NCBI GenBank assembly: GCA_002478275.1
Contig: DLMY01000030.1
Span: 1-64,000 of the forward strand
DNA from: Actinobacteria bacterium UBA7524
Lineage (GTDB): Bacteria > Actinomycetota > Coriobacteriia > Anaerosomatales > UBA912
Reading direction: 5' to 3'
Length of the DNA stretch: 64,000 nt
This document shows, one piece after another, positions 39,272 to 48,985 of this stretch. A program made the translations under genes and the position numbers. Under the pieces are notes generated by a model. The model worked only from the letters and a program-made list of their open reading frames with translations, had not been told where the DNA came from and ran no database searches. Within the stretch, counting starts at the first letter, position 1, and the number at the start of each line of letters is the position of its first letter.

Positions 39272-40344
39272 ATGCGGGCGCTTCTTGAGGACTTCATGGG
39301 CTACCTGGCCGTCGAGCGGGGCGCATCACCGCATACACTGGATGCGTACAGGCGTGACCTGGGCATCTACCTGGAGGTCCTGGAAACCCGATCGGTTCGC
39401 ACTCCCGACGCGGTGACCGCCGATGACGTGCTGGCTCTTGTCGGTGAGCTGCGGCGGCGAGGATTCGCGCCCAGCACGATCGAACGCAGACTGGNNNNNN
39501 NNNNNNNNNNNNNNNNNNNNNNNNNNNNNNNNNNNNNNNNNNNNNNNNNNNNNNNNNNNNNNNNNNNNNNNNNNNNNNNNNNNNNNNNNNNNNNNNNNNN
39601 NNNNNNNNNNNNNNNNNNNNNNNNNNNNNNNNNNNNNNNNNNNNNNNNNNNNNNNNNNNNNGCTTCCACAAGTTCCTCGTACGCGAGGGCCTGACGGAGA
39701 ACCAGCCTGCCACCACGGTGCCGTTGCCGAAGGTACCGCAGCGGCTTCCCGACGTCATCAGCGTCCTTCAGGCCGAGGAGCTCGTTACCCAGCCGTTCGC
39801 GGAAGGTCCCGCGGGTCTGCGTGACAGGGCGATCCTGGAGGTCCTGTATGGGTGCGGTGTCCGTGTGAGCGAGTTGACCGGTGCTGATACCGGTGATGTG
39901 GATCTCAAGGAAGGCTTCTGGCGCGTCAGCGGCAAGGGCGGGAAGGAACGCGAGGTGCCGATCGGTGGTATGGCCGCACAGGCCCTCGAGGAGTATCTGA
40001 TCTCCGGGCGTCCGTTCTTGCGTCCGAAAGGTACGACCGGGCGCCCTTTCTCCGACGCACTGTTCCTTAACGTCCGCGGCGGAAGGCTTTCGCGGCAGGC
40101 GGTCTTTCGGATGGTTCGTGCGTATGGTGGCAGGGTGGGTCTGAAGATGCATCCACACACACTCAGGCACTCCTACGCTACACATATGCTCGAAGGTGGC
40201 GCCGATCTGCGAGTCCTGCAGGACCTCCTCGGCCATGCTGATATCGCCACGACACAGGTTTACACTCACGTCGACAGGCGGCACATCCGCGAGGAGTACC
40301 TCTCGACCCATCCTCGCGCGCGCTTGCGTGTCACCGGCGTCTAA
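39272..40344 (+). CDS. xerD: Tyrosine recombinase XerD (spans an N-gap)
   Basis: VERG.S.HT..AY.RDL, RDRAILEVLYGCGVRVSE, GKGGKER, HPHTLRHS, LLGHADIATTQVYTH, HPRA. Confidence 0.93.
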
Positions 40345-40433
40345 CATGTTCTTGGCGAGGGAAGATACTCTTGGTGGAGTACGGCTGGCTCCGGTACGAT
40401 GGATGAAGACCGGAGGAATCTGTATCAAGGAGG

Positions 40434-41528
40434 ATGATGCGCGTGGACGCACGGTTCCGGAGGTTCCTGGCTCTTCTTGTCGCATTCGCGCTTCTGGCGA
40501 CGATGGCGATCGGGTGTGCGGGGACAGACGACACGACCGACGATACCGATACCGGTGACGGGGCTGCCGAGGTCGATTTCTCGGTAGCGATGATCACCGA
40601 CGTCGGAGGGTTGGGTGACAAGTCGTTCAACGACGGTGTGTACGCCGGCCTGGAGAACGCGCGCGACGATCTCGGCGTTGAGATCCGCGCAGTCGAATCC
40701 AATGAGATCGCCGACTATGAGCCCAACATCGACCAGGTGGCTTCTGCGGGCTACAACATGATCTTCACGGTAGGTTTCCTCATGACCGACACCACCATCA
40801 AGAAGGCGCCGGAGTACGAAGACGTGTACTTCGTCGGGATCGACCAGTTCATCGAGGAGCCTGCGGACAACACCGTGGGTGTCTTGTTCAAAGAGCATGA
40901 GGGCGCCTACCTGGCTGGCGTGGTCGCCGGGCTGGCCACTCTCGATCCGGACCTGGATGACCGCATCAACGATGACAACGTCATCGGCTTCGTGGGCGGT
41001 ATGGACATACCGCCGGTCGAGAAGTTCCAGGCGGGCTTCATCGCCGGTGCCCGGTCCGTGAACCCGGACGTCCAGGTGATCAGCCTCTACACCGGGGACT
41101 TCGATGACCCGGCCAAGGGCAAGGAGATGGCGTTGTCCGCTATCGACCAGGGCGCGGACATCGTGTTCGCGGCCGCTGGTCTGTCAGGAGCGGGCGGTGT
41201 TCCGGCAGCTCAGGAGAGAGGCGCACTGTTCATCGGCGTGGACCAGGACCAGTATCTTACGATCCCGGGATCGGGCGACGTCATGCTGACATCATCGATG
41301 AAGCTTCTGGATGTTGCGGCGTACGACTTGATCAAGTCAGCCGTTGACGGTGCGTTCCCCGGTGGCTCGATCGTTGAGTTCGGACTCGCCGAGGGTGGCG
41401 TGGCGCTTGCGCCGTTCCACGATTTCGAGGACAAGATCTCACAGGAGATCCTTGATGCGATAGCCAAGGCCGAGCAGGACATCCTGTCGGGCGCCATCAC
41501 GGTTCCCGCATCGAGGGCAGAGCTCTAG
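40434..41528 (+). CDS. BMP/PnrA-family nucleoside-binding lipoprotein
   Basis: Lipobox AIGC; DVGGLGDKSFN, EHEGAYLAG, FDDPAKGKE, IGVDQDQ. Confidence 0.93.
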   Translation: MMRVDARFRRFLALLVAFALLATMAIGCAGTDDTTDDTDTGDGAAEVDFSVAMITDVGGLGDKSFNDGVYAGLENARDDLGVEIRAVESNEIADYEPNIDQVASAGYNMIFTVGFLMTDTTIKKAPEYEDVYFVGIDQFIEEPADNTVGVLFKEHEGAYLAGVVAGLATLDPDLDDRINDDNVIGFVGGMDIPPVEKFQAGFIAGARSVNPDVQVISLYTGDFDDPAKGKEMALSAIDQGADIVFAAAGLSGAGGVPAAQERGALFIGVDQDQYLTIPGSGDVMLTSSMKLLDVAAYDLIKSAVDGAFPGGSIVEFGLAEGGVALAPFHDFEDKISQEILDAIAKAEQDILSGAITVPASRAEL

Positions 41529-41583
41529 AATGGTGAGTGGCATCGGTCCGATACCTGGATCGTGATGCTGAGGTTGGCAACAG

Positions 41584-41621
41584 GGGGCGGTCGCTGCGTG
41601 AATATTCGCAGCGGTCGCCCC
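41584..41621 (+). terminator. Intercistronic stem-loop after the substrate-binding gene
   Basis: GGGGCGGTCGCTGCG-tgaatatt-CGCAGCGGTCGCCCC, 15-bp stem with two G-U pairs. Confidence 0.6.
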
Positions 41622-41677
41622 TTCGCGTGATACTCGCTATTGTGATGGGGTCGGCGGACACCGCTCAGGGAGAGGCC

Positions 41678-43240
41678 ATGGATGCGGCTTTGCTTGAAGT
41701 GCGTGAGGTGACGAAGCGTTTCCCGGGGGTGCTGGCCAACGACAAGGTCAGTATGTCGCTTGAATCAGGCGAGATAGTCGCACTCCTCGGCGAGAACGGG
41801 GCCGGCAAGTCGACGCTGATGAACGTCGTCTACGGGCTGCTTTCCCCCGACGGCGGGGAGTTGTACTACGAGGGCCATCCTGTGAAGGTGCGATCTCCGC
41901 GACATGCGATCGACCTCGGAATCGGCATGGTGCACCAGCACTTCATGCTGGTGGAGCCGCTTACGGTCACCGAGAACATCGTGCTTGGCAACGAACCGAC
42001 GAAGATTGCCGGCGTCATCGACTTTTCGACGGCCAGGAAGGCTGTCGCGGAGATCTCGAAGCGGTACGGTCTCGCGGTCGACCCGGATGCGGTGATTCGG
42101 GACCTGTCGGTGGGAATGCAGCAAAGGGTCGAGATCCTCAAGGCGCTCTACCGGGGCGCGAAGATCCTGATACTGGACGAACCCACGGCGGTGCTCACTC
42201 CCCAGGAGGTCAGGGAGCTGTTCAAGGTCGTTCGCTCCCTGGTCGACGAGGGTCTGGCGGTCGTCTTCATCACTCACAAGCTCGAAGAGGTGATGGCTGT
42301 CGCCGACAGGGTCGTTGTCATGCGAGACGGACGAGTGGTCGGCGAGGCCCGCCCCAGTGAGACGGACATGGCCGGGCTGGCCAGGATGATGGTCGGGCGT
42401 GATGTCGTGTTCCGGGTGGAGAAGAAGCCCTCGGTTCGCGGGGAGACCATTCTTGAGGTCGATGGGCTCGAGGTTCTGGACGAACGGCGTCTTGAAGCCG
42501 TGCGGGGGATGTCTTTCGACGTCTGCGCAGGCGAGGTCGTCGCTTTGGCCGGGGTGTCCGGTAACGGCCAGACGGAGCTCGTCGAGGCACTTACCGGACT
42601 ACGTAGACCCGCTGCAGGCAGCGTCAGGCTTTCCGGGAAGGACATAACTCATGCCAGCGCCCGGCAGAGCATCGAGGCGGGGGTGTCTCACGTGCCCGAG
42701 GACCGTCATCGCAGGGGGATGGTCCTTGAGTTCGATCTGGCCGAGAACATGATTCTGGGGGACCATCGTCTGGAGCCCTTCTCCCGTCATGGCGTGATGA
42801 AGCCCACCGAGATAGCGCGGGTGACGGAGGAGAGGGTCGCTGCCTATGATGTGCGGACGCCTTCGATCCGAGTGCTTGGCGGAGCTCTGTCAGGTGGCAA
42901 TCAGCAGAAGCTCGTGCTCGCGCGTGAGCTGGGACGCGATCCGAAGCTCTTGATAGCCGCCCAGCCGACTCGAGGGCTGGATGTGGGAGCGATCGAATTC
43001 GTGCACCAGCAGATCCTGGCGGAACGCGATTCGGGAAAGGGCGTCTTGCTGGTGTCGCTCGAACTCGAGGAGGTTCAGGGTCTGGCAGACCGGATACTGG
43101 TCGTGTATGAGGGTCGTATCGTCAAAGAGTTCGCAGCCGGTGAGGCGAGCGATGAGGACCTCGGGCTCTATATGACAGGCGGTGGTGGCGACAAATTCGC
43201 CGAGAGCACTGAAGTCTCCGTGAAAGGGTTGGGGACCTGA
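41678..43240 (+). CDS. Nucleoside/sugar ABC transporter ATP-binding protein (CUT2, two NBDs)
   Basis: GENGAGKST, MVHQHF, LDEPTA, VPEDR, LSGGNQQK, QPTRGLD. Confidence 0.95.
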   Translation: MDAALLEVREVTKRFPGVLANDKVSMSLESGEIVALLGENGAGKSTLMNVVYGLLSPDGGELYYEGHPVKVRSPRHAIDLGIGMVHQHFMLVEPLTVTENIVLGNEPTKIAGVIDFSTARKAVAEISKRYGLAVDPDAVIRDLSVGMQQRVEILKALYRGAKILILDEPTAVLTPQEVRELFKVVRSLVDEGLAVVFITHKLEEVMAVADRVVVMRDGRVVGEARPSETDMAGLARMMVGRDVVFRVEKKPSVRGETILEVDGLEVLDERRLEAVRGMSFDVCAGEVVALAGVSGNGQTELVEALTGLRRPAAGSVRLSGKDITHASARQSIEAGVSHVPEDRHRRGMVLEFDLAENMILGDHRLEPFSRHGVMKPTEIARVTEERVAAYDVRTPSIRVLGGALSGGNQQKLVLARELGRDPKLLIAAQPTRGLDVGAIEFVHQQILAERDSGKGVLLVSLELEEVQGLADRILVVYEGRIVKEFAAGEASDEDLGLYMTGGGGDKFAESTEVSVKGLGT

Positions 43241-44340
43241 TGGAGCGAGCGGGCAAGGCTTCGGTGACACATCGCCTGTACGGGTTGCTTGAGCAGATCG
43301 CTCCTCCTTTAGTGTCGGTCGTGATCGCTCTAGCGATCAGCTCTCTGATCATCTGGGTCGTGGGCTACGATCCCGTACGGGCATTCAGCGCGCTGTTCGA
43401 TGGCGCTTTCGGCGGACCCAGGCAGATCGGCGAGACGATGCTGCGGTCCACGCCGCTGATATTCACAGGTCTTGCGGTGGCTTACGGCTTCCGGGCGGGG
43501 CTGTTCAACATCGGCGCAGAGGGTCAGCTGTTCATGGGTGGGCTCGTCGCCGCGTGGTTGGGTGTCGCGCTTGCGGGATTGCCTACCATGGTCATCGTGC
43601 CGATCATACTGGTGGCCGGTGCGGCGGCGGGAATGGCCTGGGCATTCATCCCGGCGTTGCTCAAGGCGCGTGTGGGTGCTCACGAAGTCATCACGACGAT
43701 GATGTTCACGTTCATCGCGCGCTACATCGTCTCCTGGTTGGTCACGGGTCCCCTGAAGGCACCCGGTCAGATACCTCAGACCGTTCAGCTTCCTGCGGAG
43801 TCGATGCTGCCTAAGTTCACCGATATCCTGCCGGAGTTGGGAACAGGAAGGGCGCACCTGGGGTTCGTGGTCGGCATAGCGTTGGCAGTTGTGGTCTGGT
43901 GGGTACTCAAACACACCACGCTCGGCTACGAGGCGCGGGCGGTGGGCTTCAATCCCTGGGCATCTGAGACAGGAGGCATCTCCGTCTCCCTGACGACAGT
44001 GAAGTCCCTGTGCCTGTCGGGTGCGCTTGCCGCGACGGCCGGGGTCACCGAGGTCATCGGTCTGCATGGGCGCCTGTTCGATCAGTTCTCCGCGGGCTTC
44101 GGCTTCACGGGGATCGCGGTGGCATTGCTGGCTCGCAACAACCCGCTGGCCGTCATCATGACGGCGATGCTGTTCGGTGCGCTGTCAGCGGGCTCGGGCA
44201 CGATGCAGCTGCAGGCTGACGTTCCCTCCAAGGTCGTGTTCATCATCCAGGGTCTCGTCGTGTTCCTCGTCGCTGCTCAACAGCTCGCCGTGTGGCTCTT
44301 GCGACCCTTCAAGGCGAGAGGGGGTGTCGAGAATGCTTAG
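43240..44340 (+). CDS. Nucleoside ABC transporter permease 1
   Basis: GLFNIGAEGQ, HEVITTMM, GFTGIAVALL. Confidence 0.93.
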   Translation: MERAGKASVTHRLYGLLEQIAPPLVSVVIALAISSLIIWVVGYDPVRAFSALFDGAFGGPRQIGETMLRSTPLIFTGLAVAYGFRAGLFNIGAEGQLFMGGLVAAWLGVALAGLPTMVIVPIILVAGAAAGMAWAFIPALLKARVGAHEVITTMMFTFIARYIVSWLVTGPLKAPGQIPQTVQLPAESMLPKFTDILPELGTGRAHLGFVVGIALAVVVWWVLKHTTLGYEARAVGFNPWASETGGISVSLTTVKSLCLSGALAATAGVTEVIGLHGRLFDQFSAGFGFTGIAVALLARNNPLAVIMTAMLFGALSAGSGTMQLQADVPSKVVFIIQGLVVFLVAAQQLAVWLLRPFKARGGVENA

Positions 44341-45286
44341 CGACATCCTGTCCCCGGACGTGTTCGCAGCTGCGATGCGCATCGCCACACCGTTGGCCCT
44401 CGCCGCGATCGGGGGAACCATCTGCGAACGGGCCGGTGTGGTCAACATCGCTTTGGAGGGCATGATGTTGTTCGGCGCGTTCGTGGGCGTGATCGCGGTC
44501 ACGTACGCCGGCAATCCCTGGGTGGGAGTATTCGCAGCCGCAGCGGCAGGCGCCTCTCTCGCACTGATGCACGCGTTCGCATCGGTGACGCTCAAGACCG
44601 ACCAGGTCGTGTCCGGCACGGCGATCAACATACTTGCGGGCGGTCTCACCGGCTTCTTCATGGAGGTCATCATCGGGCATCCGGGGACCACGGACCCGGT
44701 TCCGCGCCTTGTCCCGGTCTTCGACTTCCCGGTCCCGTCGGCGGGCTTCTTCGCGCCGATGTGGCGCTGGATCGATGTGATATTCCTCAGCCATACGCCG
44801 ATCGTCTACGGCACCATCCTTTTCGCCATAGTCGCGCACTGGGCATTGTTCCACACGCGTTGGGGCCTGCGCTTGCGTGCTCTGGGCGAACACCCTCGCG
44901 CGGCAGACACCGTCGGTATCAGCGTAGTGAGGGGTCGTTACTCTGCAGTCCTGTTCAGTGGGGTCCTCGCGGGACTCGCGGGAGCGAATCTGACTCTGGA
45001 GCAAGTGGGTTCGTTCACCGAGGGCATGACGAACGGCCGAGGCTTCATCGCTCTGGCGGCGAACATCTTCGGACGCTGGACACCGGGGGGATCGTACGGT
45101 GCGGCGCTACTGTTCGGGTTCGCCGAGGCGCTTCAGACGAAGCTCCAGCTTCTCCGGGACGTCATCACGATCCCGTCACAGTTCTTCCTGATGCTGCCGT
45201 ACGTGCTCACCGTCGTGGTTCTCGCCGGAGTCGTGGGTCGTGCGGTCGCCCCGGCTGCGGTCGGCAAGCCCTACGAGAAGGGGTAG
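44333..45286 (+). CDS. Nucleoside ABC transporter permease 2
   Basis: ERAGVVNIALEG, DQVVSG, GEHP.AA, GRGFIALAA, MLPYV, GKPY. Confidence 0.93.
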   Translation: MLSDILSPDVFAAAMRIATPLALAAIGGTICERAGVVNIALEGMMLFGAFVGVIAVTYAGNPWVGVFAAAAAGASLALMHAFASVTLKTDQVVSGTAINILAGGLTGFFMEVIIGHPGTTDPVPRLVPVFDFPVPSAGFFAPMWRWIDVIFLSHTPIVYGTILFAIVAHWALFHTRWGLRLRALGEHPRAADTVGISVVRGRYSAVLFSGVLAGLAGANLTLEQVGSFTEGMTNGRGFIALAANIFGRWTPGGSYGAALLFGFAEALQTKLQLLRDVITIPSQFFLMLPYVLTVVVLAGVVGRAVAPAAVGKPYEKG

Positions 45287-45290
45287 AGGA

Positions 45291-45572
45291 GTGTCTCGCA
45301 TCGCCACAGTGCCGCGTGCAGTCTTCTGGGCAGCGACGTGGGGGGTAGGGGTGGCACTTGGCGTCGCTCTTGGCGGCTGGCTCACCGTTGTGGGTGGAGC
45401 GAGCGCTCCCGGTACCGAGTCACTCGACCTTGCCGAGGACATCCTGGTCTTGCCCGGCATCGCGGGTGGAGCCGTCTTCGTGCTGCACTTGATCGGACAG
45501 TCCATCGCCGCTGCCGTCAGATCGGCCAGACCATCGCACCGCACCGACGATGAGGATCCCGCCCGCAAGTAG
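45291..45572 (+). CDS. Small two-TM hypothetical protein (93 aa)
   Basis: GTG just after the permease stop; two hydrophobic segments. Confidence 0.55.
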   Translation: MSRIATVPRAVFWAATWGVGVALGVALGGWLTVVGGASAPGTESLDLAEDILVLPGIAGGAVFVLHLIGQSIAAAVRSARPSHRTDDEDPARK

Positions 45573-45710
45573 TGCTGCCGCCAGTACGTCACCCGGAAGA
45601 TCGGGAGAGAAGTCCCCACCGCGACCGATGGCCCGAAGCGTGTAGGCGGCGGCAGCTATCGCCACCGCCGCCCACAACGGCAGTCTTATCGAGGGTCCGC
45701 GGGCGATCAC
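45420..45710 (-). CDS. Small two-TM hypothetical protein (96 aa)
   Basis: GTG abuts the stop of the DUF4349-like gene; SD GAGGTG; two hydrophobic segments and an acidic tail. Confidence 0.55.
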   Translation of the reverse strand: MIARGPSIRLPLWAAVAIAAAAYTLRAIGRGGDFSPDLPGDVLAAALLAGGILIVGAVRWSGRSDGSGDGLSDQVQHEDGSTRDAGQDQDVLGKVE

Positions 45711-46751
45711 TCACACCTCGGGTGTCTGTGGGGCTGGATTCTCATCCGGTACAGACGGTGCTTTTGAGCGCCTACGGCGCATCATCGACCTGACGAGGAG
45801 CCAGACCACGAGTCCGATGATGATGATCGGTCCCAGGGCCCCGGCGACGACGATGATACCGTTGATGGTGCCTACGAAAGCGCGGACCGCCTGGGTGAGC
45901 GAGGCGACGAAGCCCCAATCCTCACCGGCGGGCCTGACCACCGGCTTGGGACCGGTGAGTTCGATGGTCACGGTGGAGTGGGCCGCCTGACGCTCCAGCC
46001 ACGCGATCTGGGCCTGCATCGCTTCGATATCTCCGCGGATCCTTGAGAGCTCTTGTTCGACCGCGAGCATCTCGGTGACGTTCTTGGCCTGAGACAGGAA
46101 CTCGCGCAGTTGAGCCTCGGTCGCCTGCAGGTTGCCCAGACGTGCCTTGAGGTCCACATGCTCCTGAGTGACATCGCTGCTGTTCTCGGCTTCTCGCAAG
46201 ACCGTCCCCAGATCGGCGATCTCAGCCAGGAACGCGTCCAGCGAGGCCGCAGGGATGCGCACGGTGATGTAGCCGGAAAGGGCGACGTAGTCCAGTGAGG
46301 AGCCTCCTTCGCGGTAGACGGGCCCTTCATCCTCGCTGCTCACCGTCATGTTGACTACGGTGCCTTTGTGGGTCTCGGTTGAGGCGCGGATGGAGTCTAC
46401 CGCTTCTTCGACGCTGTCCACCCTCACCCGCATGTCCACGTTGCGGATGATCAGGCGGTCTTCGGCAGGTATGTCCATCGCATCGATCCCGCTACCACCA
46501 GGCGCCGGTGCGATGGAGCCGGAGCGCACGCCCTGGTCTTCGGCGGAGAGCCCGTATTCTTCGGAGACATATCCTCCGTGCTCACCTTCTCCGACGAACG
46601 CAGGCTCGATCGAGGAGACCGCGTCTTCGGAGGCTGTGGAGCCCTCGAACAACGCGCAGCCCGAGAGTAGACCGCTGGACATGAGCATGATCGCGAGCGC
46701 GGCAATGGCGACAAGCCGATGAACACTCTTCTTGTTTCGCCCTGTGTTCAT
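45711..46751 (-). CDS. DUF4349-family lipoprotein with C-terminal TM segments
   Basis: SD GGAGAAGG; lipobox LSGC; IIRNVDMRVRV, ITVRIPA, DVTQEHVDL.ARL, coiled coil, STVTIEL. Confidence 0.85.
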   Translation of the reverse strand: MNTGRNKKSVHRLVAIAALAIMLMSSGLLSGCALFEGSTASEDAVSSIEPAFVGEGEHGGYVSEEYGLSAEDQGVRSGSIAPAPGGSGIDAMDIPAEDRLIIRNVDMRVRVDSVEEAVDSIRASTETHKGTVVNMTVSSEDEGPVYREGGSSLDYVALSGYITVRIPAASLDAFLAEIADLGTVLREAENSSDVTQEHVDLKARLGNLQATEAQLREFLSQAKNVTEMLAVEQELSRIRGDIEAMQAQIAWLERQAAHSTVTIELTGPKPVVRPAGEDWGFVASLTQAVRAFVGTINGIIVVAGALGPIIIIGLVVWLLVRSMMRRRRSKAPSVPDENPAPQTPEV

Positions 46752-46789
46752 AACCTTCTCCTTACCTCCGGTTCAGCACACACAATTCG

Positions 46790-46822
46790 AAACGCCCTCC
46801 TCGAACAGGGCAGGAGGGCGTT
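46790..46822 (-). terminator. Putative intrinsic terminator after the 43-aa ORF
   Basis: AACGCCCTCCT-N10-AGGAGGGCGTT inverted repeat, ending in TTT on the minus strand. Confidence 0.6.
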
Positions 46823-46853
46823 CGTGAGAATCACAGCGAGATGTCTACGGAGG

Positions 46854-46985
46854 CTACTTGCACTTCTCCTCAAGCTTCTTGAGCTGCGTGGCAGCGTAGG
46901 CGCCGAGCGCCACGCCGATAGCCACGACCACGAAGAAGGCCAGAACAAGCGTGTTGAAGATCGGACTCGCAATGTTCGGAGTCAT
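46854..46985 (-). CDS. 43-aa single-TM small protein (absent from the ORF track)
   Basis: MTPNIASPIFNTLVLAFFVVVAIGVALGAYAATQLKKLEEKCK*; SD GGAGGTG; upstream TTGCCG-N18-TAGAAT; downstream hairpin. Confidence 0.75.
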   Translation of the reverse strand: MTPNIASPIFNTLVLAFFVVVAIGVALGAYAATQLKKLEEKCK

Positions 46986-47240
46986 CTGCGTACTTCACCT
47001 CCGTATCGCTGATCGGGTCCTGCGCAGATTCTACTTCTAAGCGCGTGTGTGCGGCAACCGCGAAAGCGATGTCAGCCCGCACTGACGATCGTGCCCCGTA
47101 TGTCACATTCCGCTGTCAACGAACGGTTCCTGCTTTGTTCATCTGCTAAGACGGACTGCACGTTCCGACGGTTCGCGGCATTCCGCCATCACCACACACC
47201 GGAATCGGGATGCACTTGCGTTCTCGTTCCCGGAGAGGCG

Positions 47241-47325
47241 AGGTGGGAGGCTGTGTACTCCTGTGGGATGGTCTCCCATAAAAGTGTTGCAAAGTGGGAC
47301 AAAGTGTCATAGAGTGTGGTGCGTG
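47241..47325 (+). promoter_or_regulatory. dcw promoter with MraZ-type 10-bp-periodic GTG boxes
   Basis: AAAGTGTTGC AAAGTGGGAC AAAGTGTCAT AGAGTGTGGT (47281-47320) plus three upstream GTG boxes; TTGCAA-N17-TAGAGT. Confidence 0.75.
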
Positions 47326-47391
47326 ATAACAGGGCGGGCATTCCGGTCCTTCAAGAGCGGGTCAGACGGAGAGAGTGGGGAGGGACGCGAC

Positions 47392-47826
47392 ATGTTTCTC
47401 GGCGAGTACCAGCACACGCTGGACGCCAAGGGTCGTGTCTCGCTGCCCGCGAGGTTCCGTGCTGAGATGACCGGCAAGATCGTCGTCGCTAAAGGGCTCG
47501 ACGAGTGCCTGTACGTGTATCCCGCTGACGAGTACGTCAAGTTCCAGGATTCCCTGCTGGAGGGTTCGGATTTCGATCCCAGGAAACGTCAACTGCGACG
47601 GTTCTTCATGGCAGGCGCCAGCGAGACTGAGCTCGACTCGGCTGGCAGAGTCTCGATCCCTGTCAACCTGCGGGAACATGCAGGTCTCGATAGGGATGTG
47701 GTGATCACCGGTAACGGTGACCGCATCGAGATCTGGGATACGAAAGCGTGGAGCGAGTACAACGACGCATCCACGGAGAAGATCGAAGACCTTGCTCAGG
47801 AGCTGGCGAGCGCCGGACTCCTCTAG
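47392..47826 (+). CDS. mraZ: Transcriptional regulator MraZ
   Basis: MFLGEYQHTLDAKGR, DSAGR, RIEIW. Confidence 0.96.
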   Translation: MFLGEYQHTLDAKGRVSLPARFRAEMTGKIVVAKGLDECLYVYPADEYVKFQDSLLEGSDFDPRKRQLRRFFMAGASETELDSAGRVSIPVNLREHAGLDRDVVITGNGDRIEIWDTKAWSEYNDASTEKIEDLAQELASAGLL

Positions 47827-47835
47827 GGATTGACA

Positions 47836-48936
47836 ATGGAATATCGGCACACCCCAGTTTTGCNNNNNNNNNNNNNNNNNNNNNNNNNNNNNNNNNNNNN
47901 NNNNNNNNNNNNNNNNNNNNNNNNNNNNNNNNNNNNNNNNNNNNNNNNNNNNNNNNNNNNNNNNNNNNNNNNNNNNNNNNNNNNNNNNNNNNNNNNNNNN
48001 NNNNNNNNNNNNNNNNNNNNNNNNNNNNNNNNNNNNNNNNNNNNNNNNNNNNNNNNNNNNNNNNNNNNNNNNNNNNNNNNNNNNNNNACCTTAGGCGGGG
48101 CAGGACACGCGAAGCGGATGGCAGATTCGATACAACCCACCGGGATCTTGGTGGGCATCGACCAAGATGATGCCGCACTTGATGCAGCAGCAGTCACACT
48201 CCGCCTCGGCCAGCAAGCCATTCTGCTCAAAGGGAACTTCGGAGACCTGGATGCGTTGCTCCAGGAAGCGGGGATCCCCTACGCAGATGCGGTTCTCTTC
48301 GACCTCGGCGTCTCCTCACCGCAACTCGATCTCGCTGAACGCGGGTTCACGTACCAGAGCGAGGCGCCACTGGACATGCGGATGGATGCGAGCGGGCCTC
48401 TCACAGCAGCGGACGTCGTCAATACATACTCCGAATCCCAGCTGGCCCGCATCATCCGCGAGTACGGGGAAGAGAGGTGGGCCTCGCGCATCGCAGAATT
48501 CATCGTAGCCGCGCGAGGCCGCCATCCCCTTGCGTCGACGGAAGACCTGGTCGACGTGATCAAGGCGGCCGTTCCCGCATCCGCCAGGCGTGAAGGAGGG
48601 CACCCTGCCCGAAGGACGTTCCAGGCTCTACGTATCGAAGTGAACCGTGAGCTGGAGGTCCTCGAACAGGGACTCCGGGCGGCCGCTCGCTGGTTGACTC
48701 CCGGAGGGCGGCTTGCCGTCATCAGCTACCACTCTCTCGAGGACCGGATAGTCAAGAAGGTCATCTCCGAACTCTCCGCTGGATGCACATGTCCACCAGA
48801 GATGCCGGTATGTACCTGCGATACCGTGCCGATACTCCGCCCGGTCACTCGGCGTCCGATCGTTCCGACCGCCGAGGAGATCGAGTCGAATCCACGCGCT
48901 CGCAGCGCGAAGTTGCGAGTCGCAGAACGGATCTGA
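47836..48936 (+). CDS. rsmH: 16S rRNA m4C1402 methyltransferase (spans an N-gap)
   Basis: HTPVL, TLGGAGH, DLGVSSPQLD, PLDMRM, FQALRIEVN, SYHSLEDR, RSAKLR. Confidence 0.96.
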   Translation: MEYRHTPVLXXXXXXXXXXXXXXXXXXXXXXXXXXXXXXXXXXXXXXXXXXXXXXXXXXXXXXXXXXXXXXXXXXXXXXXXXXXTLGGAGHAKRMADSIQPTGILVGIDQDDAALDAAAVTLRLGQQAILLKGNFGDLDALLQEAGIPYADAVLFDLGVSSPQLDLAERGFTYQSEAPLDMRMDASGPLTAADVVNTYSESQLARIIREYGEERWASRIAEFIVAARGRHPLASTEDLVDVIKAAVPASARREGGHPARRTFQALRIEVNRELEVLEQGLRAAARWLTPGGRLAVISYHSLEDRIVKKVISELSAGCTCPPEMPVCTCDTVPILRPVTRRPIVPTAEEIESNPRARSAKLRVAERI

Positions 48937-48985
48937 GTCGAGGACGTTGCGATGCGTCTGTGGAAGTGAGAGGAGATGAGAAGCT

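Noticed and set aside
39272..40344. Tyrosine recombinase as a phage or island integrase
   Set aside because: XerD-type motifs and housekeeping context; no att sites, tRNA or cargo genes seen.
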